Source of the DNA: Anaerotignum sp.
GTDB lineage: Bacteria > Bacillota > Clostridia > Lachnospirales > Anaerotignaceae
Length of the DNA: 64,000 nt
Reading direction: 5' to 3'
Assembly (NCBI GenBank): GCA_017523325.1
Contig: JAFWWO010000010.1
Coordinates: 11,005-75,004 of the forward strand
The stretch's first letter is position 1. Every line of letters starts with the position of its first letter. This document shows positions 42,438 through 54,941 of this stretch, piece after piece. The notes under the pieces were generated by a model that had not been told where the DNA came from, did no database searches, and saw only the letters and a program-made list of their open reading frames with translations. Position numbers and translations under genes: made by a program.

Positions 42438-43407
42438 ATGCTTCTCTCACCCTTTCCTGAATGATTTCCGTATCAATATCGTGCAATTTGCAAGTCATAA
42501 TGATACGCACACACTTTGCCTCTGTTTCCTTCGCCAGGATATAAGCCGCAACGGGCTCCGGCGTCAGTGTTTTGTATTTTGCTTCTTTGATGTACGCCAT
42601 CAAATAATCGTCACAGGCCTTTTCAAAAACCGTAAAGCCCTGCTCCATGTAGCCTTCACAAAGGGTGCCGTAAGCCGTTTCCTTCAGCACTGCAACGGCG
42701 GAATCGCTCCGAAAAGCTCTCATCAACGTTTCTGTACTGATTTCCCCGCCGGGCACTAAACTTTCCGAAAACTCCTGCTCCGTTCTGTCCATACTGCGGA
42801 TACGCAAAAGGGTTTTGAGGTTCGTCATATCCGCCAGCTTTTTCACATATTGGGATACATATGCAATGCCCAGCTTTTCCGCCGCCGTAGACATGGTTTG
42901 GAAACAAGCCTTATCCAAAATGGTATCCACATATCGTCCGTTTTTCGTCTTAGCATACATAGCGATGGCTTCTTCCACGGCTTTTTCGTCAATATTAGGC
43001 AGTTCTCTGTAATTTCTTTCCCGAAACTGCTTCCGCATTTCCTCCGCAGGAATGGTGCCCCCCTGAACCATAAAGCTTCTGCCGCTGTTTCCGGAGATTT
43101 CCTCTTTTATCAGCACCTTCAGGTTATGGTAATCGTTTTTGAAACGGAAAATATCCATAAATGTTTCGTTGGGAATCAGCTTTGCCACTGCCTGATAAGC
43201 CTCTGTCAAATGATTTTGAATCATCTGTTCAAACGCATGGGGGTCCCTGACGGGTGTTTTGCCGTATTCCGTATCGGCAAGGAGCCGCAATGCCTCTTCA
43301 GCGCTTTTGGCTTCTGCCATCTGCATCAGCTTTTGCTTGGTCAGCAGTTTATTTTCCATGGAACGTACACTGGCCACGGCGAAAGGGTAAATCTTGTTTT
43401 TTGCCAT
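42430..43407 (-). CDS. ntpC: V/A-type ATPase subunit C
   Basis: DYHNLKVLIK; size and operon position. Confidence 0.88.
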   Translation of the reverse strand: MAKNKIYPFAVASVRSMENKLLTKQKLMQMAEAKSAEEALRLLADTEYGKTPVRDPHAFEQMIQNHLTEAYQAVAKLIPNETFMDIFRFKNDYHNLKVLIKEEISGNSGRSFMVQGGTIPAEEMRKQFRERNYRELPNIDEKAVEEAIAMYAKTKNGRYVDTILDKACFQTMSTAAEKLGIAYVSQYVKKLADMTNLKTLLRIRSMDRTEQEFSESLVPGGEISTETLMRAFRSDSAVAVLKETAYGTLCEGYMEQGFTVFEKACDDYLMAYIKEAKYKTLTPEPVAAYILAKETEAKCVRIIMTCKLHDIDTEIIQERVREAYV

Positions 43408-43419
43408 TTTTACCCCTCC

Positions 43420-43980
43420 TTAAAATAAAATATTTGCCGCCATCTGCTGTATTTCTACTTTTTCCACCGTCATAATGGATTCAAAGGAATAATTATACTC
43501 AATATCCCCGTTTTTCACGATAAAACCGCCGCTGATATCGCTGTTTTTGTCGGAAAGGACAAAGCCCTTTTCCGCAATGACATTGGCAAGGCGTTCTCTG
43601 TCCTTTTGGGAAACGATAATTTCCGTTCCGAGGGACTTATCCAGCTTTTCCAGCATACCGCCGATAACCTTGGCATATTCCTCGTCCTCCAGGGAAAGCA
43701 GGCGGTTGTGGGCTTCTTCCACCACTTCCGCAAGAATGGTTTGCTTTGCTTCCAGAACAGCTTTTTTTGCCTTCATTTCTGCACCGGAAATCTCTTTTGC
43801 AGCGGCCTTTTCCGCCTCTGCCTGGGCATTTCTGTCAAGCACATCGGCTTCCTTGTCCGCCTTATCCTGTGCCGCCTTCAAAATGGCATCTGCCTCTTTC
43901 TGCCCTTTTGCCAGAATGGCTTTTGCAGCTTCCTCCGCATCCGCTATGATTTTATCAATGATAATTTTACCATCATTCAT
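43420..43980 (-). CDS. ntpE: V/A-type ATPase subunit E
   Basis: Ala/Glu/Lys coiled coil plus ISGGFIV. Confidence 0.88.
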   Translation of the reverse strand: MNDGKIIIDKIIADAEEAAKAILAKGQKEADAILKAAQDKADKEADVLDRNAQAEAEKAAAKEISGAEMKAKKAVLEAKQTILAEVVEEAHNRLLSLEDEEYAKVIGGMLEKLDKSLGTEIIVSQKDRERLANVIAEKGFVLSDKNSDISGGFIVKNGDIEYNYSFESIMTVEKVEIQQMAANILF

Positions 43981-44010
43981 AGGAGTGATTCCTCCTTTTC
44001 TATTCCTTGA

Positions 44011-46454
<2,444 letters not shown>

Positions 46455-46468
<14 letters not shown>

Positions 46469-46781
46469 ACGTTCCCACAACCTTTCCGATTACAGTCTTT
46501 ATGGCCTCTTCTTTTTTCTGCGATGCCTGCTCTCTGATTTGGGAACAGGTTTCATCGGCCTCTTTCAAGATTTCCTGAATTGCTCCCTGGCTTTCTTCCA
46601 CAGCTTTTTTAACAGCCTGCTGCAATTCTTCTTTCCCGTGCAGCCTTGTCTGCTCAAACAGAGATTCCTGTTGTTTCCATGCAGCGGCCTTCAGCTCTTC
46701 CGCTTGGCGCATTGCCTGTTGTTTCATTTCCGTAGCTCTGGCCTCCGCTTCAACGATGCTTTTCAGAATCTCGTAAGCCAT
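46455..46781 (-). CDS. V/A-type ATPase subunit G/H (stator)
   Basis: Small coiled-coil first gene of the operon (IVEAEARA). Confidence 0.8.
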
Positions 46782-46856
46782 TTTCAATCACCTCTTTCAT
46801 CGCTTTTTGTTGAACAAATTGCACAGAAACAAACGCCCGATTTTCCAGAATATCCT

Positions 46857-47137
46857 TTGTTAAAACTCTAACATAAATATCTTCTCAAAAAACAGCATCT
46901 GTTCCTGTTGTGCATTTTTCCTTTTTATTCGTCCAATAAAAGAAAAATGACACATTTCGGAAGGGATTTCATTCTATATTTTAGAAAATCTCCCAAAAAT
47001 CCTCGTATGTACTAAATCCCGAACATACTACAATTCCATAATAAATTATTTATGCAATATTGTCAATAAGTACTTCCTTTTATGGACCCATTGTATTCAT
47101 TTTCCGTATTTCTCTGTCTTTGTTAAATTTCCAACAT
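46857..47137. promoter_or_regulatory. V-ATPase promoter with two Rex-like boxes
   Basis: Minus strand TTGACA-17bp-TATTAT (47066-47038); TTGTTAA-N4-CTAACAT (46857-46874) and TTGTTAA-N4-CCAACAT (47120-47137). Confidence 0.5.
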
Positions 47138-47413
47138 ATTTTTTTGACAAAAACGTGATTTTCATTAGTATTTCAACCTTTCAAACAGGTAGTTTGTATG
47201 CCATTTATTCGTACCCAAAAGGCTTTTTCTTGTTTTTCTTTCTGCTCCCCAAGGAAAATTGTATAAAATATCTAAATTCCAATCCATATTTTTGGCAAAT
47301 TTGCAGACTCTTTCCTGCCGAAAACCTTCAACCCGTCCTCGGATCGCTTTTTGCCCATCAAAAAAGGACCCTTCCCTGCGGATATAGGATCCTCCTCCAA
47401 TCATCACTGCCTA

Positions 47414-47854
47414 TCATTCATTTTCCGTCATCTTTTGTGCCAATACCCGAAAGCCGCGTAAAATATCCCGCTTCATCCAATGAGGCAATTGACTTTCCCT
47501 GACTTCCTGTTCTGTCAGCCAGTAAAACGCCTCATGCTCAGGGCTCAAATGAACCTGGCCGGCCTTCCAACGGCAGGCGTATGTAAAAATGCAAAGATGC
47601 ACATGATGCTTAATCAAATCGAACAACGCAATGGGCTGTTCCATGGAAATATGAAGATTAGTTTCCTCCAACACCTCCCTTTGCAGCCCTTCTTCCGCCC
47701 GCTCAAAAAAATGCAGTCCGCCGCCGGGCAAATCCCATTTTAAGCGGCTGTTCATGTAGCTGGCCTCCATCTCCTTTTGGGAGCGAGATAGAACCAGCAC
47801 TTTATCTTCTTTTATAATCACAGCTTTCACAGCCACCGCAAAATCTCTTTTCAC
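47414..47854 (-). CDS. NUDIX hydrolase
   Basis: WDLPGGG..FFE.AEEGLQREVLEETNL Nudix box. Confidence 0.88.
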   Translation of the reverse strand: MKRDFAVAVKAVIIKEDKVLVLSRSQKEMEASYMNSRLKWDLPGGGLHFFERAEEGLQREVLEETNLHISMEQPIALFDLIKHHVHLCIFTYACRWKAGQVHLSPEHEAFYWLTEQEVRESQLPHWMKRDILRGFRVLAQKMTENE

Positions 47855-47878
47855 GGAAACCCCTTCTTCCTAGTGGTT

Positions 47879-48757
47879 TTATTTTGCTTCTTCTAAGAGT
47901 TGATGCAGCTCCTCCTCGGTGAAATGGTACTCCTTACTGCAAAAATGACAGTGAAGCGTCGCTTTTTTATCCTCCCGGATAATTTTTTCCAATTCCTCCC
48001 TGCCAATGCTGATTAAAGCCTTTTCCACCCGTTCCTTACTGCAATTGCAGTAAAAGGAAACAGGAACGGTATCCAAAATTCGTAAATCCAAATCCCCCAG
48101 AATCATTTCCAGAATCTCCTCCGGTGTTTTCCCCATATCCAAGAGATCCGTCACATAGGGAATGGCGTTTAGTTTCTGTTCCAAGTGTGAAATGGTTTCC
48201 TCCGTAGCATCGGGCAAAAGCTGAATCAAGAACCCGCCGGCTCTGCGGATAGAGGTATCGGTCTCCACCAATACGCCCAAAGCCACTGCGGAAGGCGTCT
48301 GCTCCGATTGGGCGAAATAATAGGTCAAATCCTCGGCAATCTCCCCGCTAATCAGTTCAATTCTGCCGGCATACGGCTCTCGCATACCGATATCCTTTAT
48401 GACGCTCAAATACCCCGCACCAATGGCACCGCCCACATTCAGCTTTCCGGGGTATAAATCAGGGATTTCCACATTCGGCTGAAAAACGTAGCCTTTTACC
48501 CGTCCATGGCTGTCGCCGGAAACCACAATCCCCTGTAACGGGCCGTCTCCTCTGATTTGTAGGGTAATTAAGTCCTTCTCGCCCTTTAGCGTGGTACCCA
48601 TCATCGCCGCCGCCGTCAACATTCTGCCCAACGCTGCCGATGCAACGGGAGCTGTGTGATGGATTTCTCTGGCGTGCTGCACCAAACCCCCGGTAGTAGC
48701 GGCAAAGGCACGAATACAGCCATTTCCCGCCGTAGCTCTCACAATATAATCACTCAT
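47879..48757 (-). CDS. hslO: Hsp33 redox-regulated chaperone
   Basis: YFAQSEQTPS, CNCS, CHFC. Confidence 0.94.
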   Translation of the reverse strand: MSDYIVRATAGNGCIRAFAATTGGLVQHAREIHHTAPVASAALGRMLTAAAMMGTTLKGEKDLITLQIRGDGPLQGIVVSGDSHGRVKGYVFQPNVEIPDLYPGKLNVGGAIGAGYLSVIKDIGMREPYAGRIELISGEIAEDLTYYFAQSEQTPSAVALGVLVETDTSIRRAGGFLIQLLPDATEETISHLEQKLNAIPYVTDLLDMGKTPEEILEMILGDLDLRILDTVPVSFYCNCSKERVEKALISIGREELEKIIREDKKATLHCHFCSKEYHFTEEELHQLLEEAK

Positions 48758-49521
48758 TGATGTTCCTCCCTTTCTGTTTTCCAACGGACCACAAACAATA
48801 GCCGTTGGCTTTCTTCCCCGGGCTGTGCGAAGGTATACCCATCATATACCGCCGCTAATTCCAATCCGCAGACTCGTAAGCCCTCTTCTATCTCTTCCAT
48901 AGAATAGGCTCTTTCGTAATGACATTCCTCAATCCGCTGGTAGAGTCCGTTTTCCTGCTCTATAAAAAAGCTGACATAATACTCGTTTATTTTTTCAGAT
49001 TCATCATAAGTATTTTCCCAAATATACGCCGCATCTTCTTCTGCGGAGGCAAATATATTCTGTCCCAATACCTCCCGAAACTGATACTCTGTATTCAAAT
49101 CAAATATAAACAGCCCTTTCGGCCGCAAATGTCGAGCCACACTTTGGAAGGCCTGTTGCAGTTGTCCTTCCTCCGTCAGATAATTCATGCTGTCACATAA
49201 GCTGAGTATGCAATCTGCTTTCTCGCTCAGATCCAACTCCGTCATATCCTGACAGACCCATCGTAGAGAAAGACCTTCTGCCCTGGCCTTATGCTCCGCC
49301 TCAGCCAGCATTTCCGCAGATAAGTCCACACCCGTCATATCCAGACCCGCCTTAGCCAAGGGTAGCGCAATACTGCCTGTCCCGCAGCCTAAATCAATGA
49401 CAGTTTTGGGCTGTAAGCCAAATTTTTCCCAAAGGGCAAAGATATGCCGTAACCAGCCTTCGTAGTCCACTTCGCCCATAAATAAATCGTATACTGCCGC
49501 AAAGGCGTGATAAGTGCTCAT
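48754..49521 (-). CDS. Class I SAM-dependent methyltransferase
   Basis: IDLGCGTG, GVDLS.EML, DSMNYL. Confidence 0.9.
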   Translation of the reverse strand: MSTYHAFAAVYDLFMGEVDYEGWLRHIFALWEKFGLQPKTVIDLGCGTGSIALPLAKAGLDMTGVDLSAEMLAEAEHKARAEGLSLRWVCQDMTELDLSEKADCILSLCDSMNYLTEEGQLQQAFQSVARHLRPKGLFIFDLNTEYQFREVLGQNIFASAEEDAAYIWENTYDESEKINEYYVSFFIEQENGLYQRIEECHYERAYSMEEIEEGLRVCGLELAAVYDGYTFAQPGEESQRLLFVVRWKTEREEHQ

Positions 49522-49616
49522 TTTTGCTCCCTCCAAGGCGTATTCGTTCCTAATGCTTCATTATATATTGATATAATATGGATTGCAAGCACTTCTCTCG
49601 AGGGAACGCCTGTATT

Positions 49617-49826
49617 TTATTCCTGCACTTCTTCTTGCTGCGCCTTTCTCCGTGCATCAATCTTGCGTTTTCCCATGATACCGCCCAGTTTTCCGCTTTC
49701 CTTAGCAGTCAGCCCTTTCCAGCCGTCTTTTCGTACCTTTTCCAAAAGTCCCAATTCCTCTGCAATTTCGTATTTCATCGCCAAATCCCTTTTTTCCGCC
49801 TCTGTCGGCTCTTTTTTCTCCCGCAA
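49617..49826 (-). CDS. Small acid-soluble spore protein-like (alpha/beta type)
   Basis: KYEIAEELGL...GW..LTAKESGKLGG; TTG start after GGAGG. Confidence 0.75.
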   Translation of the reverse strand: MREKKEPTEAEKRDLAMKYEIAEELGLLEKVRKDGWKGLTAKESGKLGGIMGKRKIDARRKAQQEEVQE

Positions 49827-49939
49827 AACAACCGCCTCCGTTTCCTTTCTTTTCCTTTGCAGTATCTCCCGATTTTCAAGGATTATGTGTGGTCTCTCGC
49901 CTGCCCAATACAAAAAAATATTTTTTCTGCATAAAACCT

Positions 49940-49968
49940 TTGACAGAACGTGCATCTGATGTTAGACT
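49940..49968 (+). promoter_or_regulatory. SigA promoter of the asd-dapA-dapB leader
   Basis: TTGACA-17bp-TAGACT with TGn. Confidence 0.7.
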
Positions 49969-49990
49969 ATGGATAAATCCATATTTTCAA

Positions 49991-50153
49991 AGTAGAGGTG
50001 CGTTTTTCAAGAGTATGCGGGCGAATATCATAAGGGATAGGCGAAGCTCGTAAAAAGGGGAAAACGCCGAAGAAGGAAAAGGCCTTATCCTGTTTCTTCT
50101 GGTTGTGCGGTTAAGAGCCGTACGACTGTCATTGTAACCCAATGGAGCGCTAC
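49991..50153 (+). ncRNA. Lysine riboswitch
   Basis: AGAGGTGCG..AAGAGTA..AAAGG..GCCGAA..CTGG..GACTGTC..GGAGCGCT; complementary loops TAAGG/CCTTA; upstream of lysine biosynthesis genes. Confidence 0.92.
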
Positions 50154-50164
50154 GAAGCAATAAG

Positions 50165-50226
50165 ACTGCGGCAGCAATTCTACCGACAGTTTTTTGGAAG
50201 TCGGCGCATTTGCCGGCTCTTTTTTG
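50165..50226 (+). terminator. Riboswitch expression platform (two tandem hairpin-T tracts)
   Basis: ACTGCGG..CCGACAGTTTTTT and AGTCGGC..GCCGGCTCTTTTTT. Confidence 0.65.
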
Positions 50227-50289
50227 TTTCAGAAGGATTCCGCTTTGAAAAAAGCATTTATCATTACAAAAGAAAGAAGGTACCCCATT

Positions 50290-51288
50290 ATGAAAAAAAT
50301 CAATCTGGCCGTTGTAGGTGCTACCGGTATGGTAGGCAGAACATTTCTGAAAGTTCTGGAGGAAAGACAGCTTCCCATCGAAAATTTCTATGTCATGGCA
50401 TCCAGCCGCTCTGCCGGTAAAACGCTGACCTTTAATGGCAAGGAATATGTCGTAGAAGAATTAACGGAACATTCCTTTGATAAGCCCATTGATATTGCAC
50501 TGTTTTCCGCAGGCGGCAGCACCAGCGAGAAATTTGCCCCCATTGCGGCGGCTCATGGCTGCATCGTCATTGACAATAGCTCCCAGTGGCGTATGGACCC
50601 GGAAGTTCCTCTGGTAGTTCCCGAGGTCAATCCGGAGGATATCCTCTGGCATAAAAACATCATTGCCAACCCCAACTGCTCCACCATTCAGGCGATGGTG
50701 GCACTGAAACCGCTGGACGAAAAATATAAAATCAAGCGTGTGGTGTATTCCACCTATCAGGCGGTATCCGGCGCAGGTGTTGCCGGCTGGAGCGATTTGG
50801 AAAACGGGCTGAAAGGCGAAGCGCCCAAGAAATTCCCTCACGCCATCGCCAATAACTGCCTGCCTCATATCGATGTATTCTTGGATAACGGCTATACCAA
50901 AGAAGAAATGAAAATGGTCAACGAAACCAGAAAAATACTACATAATGACGATATGCGGGTAACGGCAACCACCGTTCGTGTTCCCGTTTTCAATTCCCAT
51001 AGTGAATCCATCAATGTGGAATTTGAAAAACCCTTTGAATTGAGCGAACTGGTAGAAACCCTGAAAAACGCCCCCGGCGTTGTACTGCAAAACGATTCCG
51101 AAAAGAATGAATACCCTCTGGCGGCAGAAGCTACCGGTAATGATGAAGTGTATATCGGCAGAATCCGTCGGGACGAAAGCGTAGAAAGCGGCGTAAATCT
51201 TTGGGTCGTTGCGGATAATATCCGTAAAGGTGCCGCAACAAATGCCGTGCAGATTGCGGAAGAAATCATTAAAAACATGAACGCATAA
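50290..51288 (+). CDS. asd: Aspartate-semialdehyde dehydrogenase
   Basis: VVGATGMVG, ANPNCST, YQAVSGAG, DNIRKGAA. Confidence 0.96.
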   Translation: MKKINLAVVGATGMVGRTFLKVLEERQLPIENFYVMASSRSAGKTLTFNGKEYVVEELTEHSFDKPIDIALFSAGGSTSEKFAPIAAAHGCIVIDNSSQWRMDPEVPLVVPEVNPEDILWHKNIIANPNCSTIQAMVALKPLDEKYKIKRVVYSTYQAVSGAGVAGWSDLENGLKGEAPKKFPHAIANNCLPHIDVFLDNGYTKEEMKMVNETRKILHNDDMRVTATTVRVPVFNSHSESINVEFEKPFELSELVETLKNAPGVVLQNDSEKNEYPLAAEATGNDEVYIGRIRRDESVESGVNLWVVADNIRKGAATNAVQIAEEIIKNMNA

Positions 51289-51323
51289 ATAAAAACATAC
51301 ATTATTTACAGGAGGTGCTTTTT

Positions 51324-52205
51324 ATGTCAATTTTTACAGGTGCAGGTGTAGCTTTGGTGACTCCTACCCATGCAGACGGAAGTGTGAATTTTGAAAAAAT
51401 GAAGGAATTGATTGAATTTCAGCTTGCCAACGATACGGATGCACTGATTATCTGCGGTACAACAGGCGAGGCCTCCACTTTGTCCGATGAAGTGCAGGTG
51501 GAATGTGTGCGTTATGCCAAGGAAGTTGCTGCAGGTCGGGTACCCGTTATCGCCGGTGCCGGCAGCAACGATACAGCCCATTGTATCGAACTGGCACAGG
51601 CCTGTGAAAAAGCCGGTGCGGACGCTGTTTTACTGGTAACGCCCTATTATAATAAGGCGACCCAGAAAGGTCTGATTTTGCATTATACAGCCATTGCCAA
51701 CAGCATCAATATTCCCATTATCCTGTATAATGTACCCGGCAGAACGGGTTGTAATCTGGCACCAAAGACTGTGTATGAACTTTCCAAAGTGAAAAATATC
51801 GTAGCCGTAAAAGAGGCCAGCGGCGACCTTTCACAGGTAGCGGAAATTGCAGCTCTTTGCGGCCCCGATTTCGATATTTACAGCGGCAATGACGATCAGA
51901 TTTTGCCCATTCTTTCCTTAGGCGGTAAAGGCGTCATTTCGGTACTTTCCAATGTAGCGCCGAAAAATACCCATGATATGGTTGTGAAATTCATGAACGG
52001 CGATTTGAAGGGTGCCATTTCATTGCAGTTAGGCGCCATCGAACTGATTTCCGCATTGTTCTGCGAAGTAAACCCTATCCCCGTAAAAGCCGCCCTGAAC
52101 ATGATGGGCTATGAAGTCGGCTCTTGCCGCCTGCCTCTTTGCGATATGGCGGAAAATAATCTGGAAACATTGAAAAAGGCTTTGCAGAATTACGGTTTAA
52201 TCTGA
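51324..52205 (+). CDS. dapA: 4-hydroxy-tetrahydrodipicolinate synthase
   Basis: GTTGE, TPYYNK, LYNVPGRT, KEASG. Confidence 0.96.
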   Translation: MSIFTGAGVALVTPTHADGSVNFEKMKELIEFQLANDTDALIICGTTGEASTLSDEVQVECVRYAKEVAAGRVPVIAGAGSNDTAHCIELAQACEKAGADAVLLVTPYYNKATQKGLILHYTAIANSINIPIILYNVPGRTGCNLAPKTVYELSKVKNIVAVKEASGDLSQVAEIAALCGPDFDIYSGNDDQILPILSLGGKGVISVLSNVAPKNTHDMVVKFMNGDLKGAISLQLGAIELISALFCEVNPIPVKAALNMMGYEVGSCRLPLCDMAENNLETLKKALQNYGLI

Positions 52206-52339
52206 TAGCGGTACACCGCCCCGGTTCGGGATAACGAAATATTGTCCCTGCCGGGGCGCATGCTATGCTTTTTGTATATTCAGCATAAGCATATGGATTC
52301 GGACAGCATCATAAAAAGCCTAAAAAAGGAGTACATACC

Positions 52340-53092
52340 ATGACAAATATCATCATACACGGCTGTGGCGGCAAAATGGGTCATGTCGTGGCAGAATTAG
52401 TAAAAAACGAACCCAACTGTCAGGTAGTCGCAGGAATTGACCCGGGTATGCCCGTATTGGACTTCCCCGTGTTCCCCTCCTGCGATGCCTGTGATGTTCC
52501 TGCAGATGTTATCATCGATTTTTCCACAGCAAAAGCCATTCCTGCTCTGCTGGCATTTTCCAAAGCGAAAAAAATCCCTGTGGTTCTCTGCACCACCGCT
52601 CTTGAGGAAGAAACGCTCACATTGATGCAGGAAAGCAGCAAAGAGGTAGCAGTTTTGAAATCCGCCAATATGTCTGTGGGTGTCAATCTGCTGTTAGATT
52701 TGGTGCAACGTGCCGCCGCAATTCTGGCGGAGAGCAATTTCGATATTGAAATTGTGGAAAAACACCATAATCAGAAAATCGATGCCCCCAGCGGCACAGC
52801 CATGGCACTGGCTGACGCCATCAATCAGGCCATGGAGGAACGGTATCATTATGTATATGACCGTTCACAGGTTCGTGAAAAGCGGGAGAAAACAGAAATC
52901 GGTATCCACGCTGTCCGCGGCGGCAATATTGTCGGTGAACACGATGTAATATTTGCCGGTCGGGACGAAGTGGTTGAACTGAACCACCGTGCCACTTCCA
53001 GAGAGGTGTTTGCGGTTGGCGCAGTAAAAGCGGCAAAATTTCTGGCGGGCAAGCCTGCCGGATTGTATACCATGAAAGAGGTTTTGGCGTAA
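52340..53092 (+). CDS. dapB: 4-hydroxy-tetrahydrodipicolinate reductase
   Basis: GCGGKMG, IDFS, EKHHNQKIDAPSGTA. Confidence 0.96.
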   Translation: MTNIIIHGCGGKMGHVVAELVKNEPNCQVVAGIDPGMPVLDFPVFPSCDACDVPADVIIDFSTAKAIPALLAFSKAKKIPVVLCTTALEEETLTLMQESSKEVAVLKSANMSVGVNLLLDLVQRAAAILAESNFDIEIVEKHHNQKIDAPSGTAMALADAINQAMEERYHYVYDRSQVREKREKTEIGIHAVRGGNIVGEHDVIFAGRDEVVELNHRATSREVFAVGAVKAAKFLAGKPAGLYTMKEVLA

Positions 53093-53100
53093 TATAAATA

Positions 53101-53135
53101 AGCCCTGCTCCTAACAAGAGTCGGGCTTTTTCTTT
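53101..53135 (+). terminator. Terminator after dapB
   Basis: AGCCC.GCTC..GAGTCGGGCT followed by a T-tract. Confidence 0.65.
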
Positions 53136-53171
53136 CCGCGAAAAAGGCTCCGGTTTTACCGAAGCCATTTT

Positions 53172-53681
53172 TTATTCCTTTTCCGCCACGATTTGGAAAA
53201 TACTTTCCGCCTTCGCAGAGAGTCCTTTCGGCAAAACCGTACCGGTCAAAATCATATCCATATATTCCGGACGCTTTTCGATGATTTCTTCCAGTTCCGC
53301 CTCTGTCAGATAGCCTTTTTCCACACATTCCAAAACGCCGTCCAGCATTAGCATTTCACATTCGCCGGTATCCACGATTTTCTTAGCGAAGTTAAAGGCA
53401 TTGCGAATTTCCGAGGAAATCTCCCGATGAACCGTATGATCCGTATCGGCATGATCCAATTCCTCCGCACTGCGTTCTTTTTCAAAGCGAAAAATTCTGA
53501 AATCCGGCTCCAGTTTTTTCAGCAGTGTAATTTCCTTGCTGTTGTGGTAATCCAAAAACTGTATCATCACAACTCGCAGATCCTCGCCGATGGCTCTAAG
53601 ACCTCGTCCCACAGCCACACAAGTCTTGCCCTTACCGGTGCCGTAATAAATCGAAATTTGCCCTTTTCTCACGTCATTCAC
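53172..53681 (-). CDS. CobO/BtuR-like corrinoid adenosyltransferase homolog (divergent)
   Basis: IYYGTGKGKT, IQFL, LMLD, ILTG. Confidence 0.75.
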   Translation of the reverse strand: MNDVRKGQISIYYGTGKGKTCVAVGRGLRAIGEDLRVVMIQFLDYHNSKEITLLKKLEPDFRIFRFEKERSAEELDHADTDHTVHREISSEIRNAFNFAKKIVDTGECEMLMLDGVLECVEKGYLTEAELEEIIEKRPEYMDMILTGTVLPKGLSAKAESIFQIVAEKE

Positions 53682-54370
53682 TCCTGTTTTTCTAGCTCAG
53701 GCCTTTCCCTGTCTGTCTTTTGTTCTCCTGCCTCCGGGGTTTCTCCTTGGCTTCTGTCGGGAAGCTCTATTTTGGAAACAGAAACCTCATAAGCAATTCT
53801 TTCCTCTATTTCATCGGCTATTCGTTTTTGGTAAAATCTGCTTTGTACCCTGCCCCAAATCTGAATATTGGAGCCAACGGGCAAGTTGGTGATATATCTG
53901 GCGTTTCTCCCCCATGCAATACAGGGGATATAATCGGATTTATGATACGCCCGATTGACTGCCACCAAAATATCGGAAATTTCCCTGCCGAAAGGCGTTT
54001 TACGGTAAATGGGCGGTTTACAGATAAAGCCGTTCAAAAAAATTTCATTTTCCGCCTCACTTGTTTCCGCTAAATGTATTTCTCTGGAAAAAATCGTCAG
54101 TATCAGCCGGTTCTTTTTCCCGGCATAATTATTGTAGCTGCGAAGCTGTCCGATGATGTCCACCTTTGCACCCACCTGTAACAGTTCCCGGTCGATTAAC
54201 CGTTCCGAAACCGTAACCGGCAGAATATCCGCTTTATCGCTTAGCCGTTCGGAAGAAATCCGAAACGTATAAAAGCCCTCTCCATACACCTCATGGCTAA
54301 AGACGCAGCCTTCCACGATAGTGCCCGTAATCCTAACGGTATTATTTTCCTGCAGCCCCTCAATCTGCAT
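53678..54370 (-). CDS. Tandem-OB single-stranded DNA-binding protein
   Basis: Two SSB-like repeats (N.V.I.G..GQLRS; NEIFLNG..RKTPFGREI..DYIPCIAW..GRVQSR). Confidence 0.82.
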   Translation of the reverse strand: MQIEGLQENNTVRITGTIVEGCVFSHEVYGEGFYTFRISSERLSDKADILPVTVSERLIDRELLQVGAKVDIIGQLRSYNNYAGKKNRLILTIFSREIHLAETSEAENEIFLNGFICKPPIYRKTPFGREISDILVAVNRAYHKSDYIPCIAWGRNARYITNLPVGSNIQIWGRVQSRFYQKRIADEIEERIAYEVSVSKIELPDRSQGETPEAGEQKTDRERPELEKQE

Positions 54371-54515
54371 CCTGTTCTCCCCTTTGCTCCGCCAATGTCC
54401 TCCTATGGCAATGTTTCTTTCCGTATTTCAGTCTATGCAAAAAAACATCCTTTAGAAGTACATCTTTCTGCTTTCCGGTTTCGGATTACCCTTTTGACTA
54501 TCTCTGTTTTTTATG

Positions 54516-54818
54516 CTATGCCTGTTTTTTACCGTTACGGAACACAAAGCCAATCTTCACGCAGTCAATGGCAACGACCATCGTGTACTCTTTTTTCGCA
54601 TAAATCATCGGAGTGCCATCCTTTTTCACGACAACGGCATCAATCTTCTTCCCATCCTCGGTCCAATAGGAAAGGAATGAGAAGTCTTCCTCCTGCCGCA
54701 CCGCCCATTCCAAATCCAATAAAGGCTTTATAAAAAAATCTCCGTCACAGCCAAAATTATTCATTATCTTTTTTCTGGCCTGTTCAAATTCTAATATCGG
54801 TTCCTTCCCTTTTGCCAT
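54516..54818 (-). CDS. Hypothetical protein
   Basis: 100 aa; SD GGAGG and TTGACA-17bp-TACCAT promoter. Confidence 0.7.
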   Translation of the reverse strand: MAKGKEPILEFEQARKKIMNNFGCDGDFFIKPLLDLEWAVRQEEDFSFLSYWTEDGKKIDAVVVKKDGTPMIYAKKEYTMVVAIDCVKIGFVFRNGKKQA

Positions 54819-54941
54819 AATTTCCTCCAAAAAATAGTCTGTTTCTCGTACTCTTATGGTACTGATTTTTTTGTATTCTGTCAATAAAAAACAGCTCTTG
54901 CGGGGCAATGATACACAAAAATATTTCATTCTGTCGGCATC

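Noticed and set aside
47155-47502. Short ORFs on both strands upstream of the V-ATPase
   Set aside because: No motifs; AT-rich regulatory DNA, one ORF overlapping the NUDIX gene end
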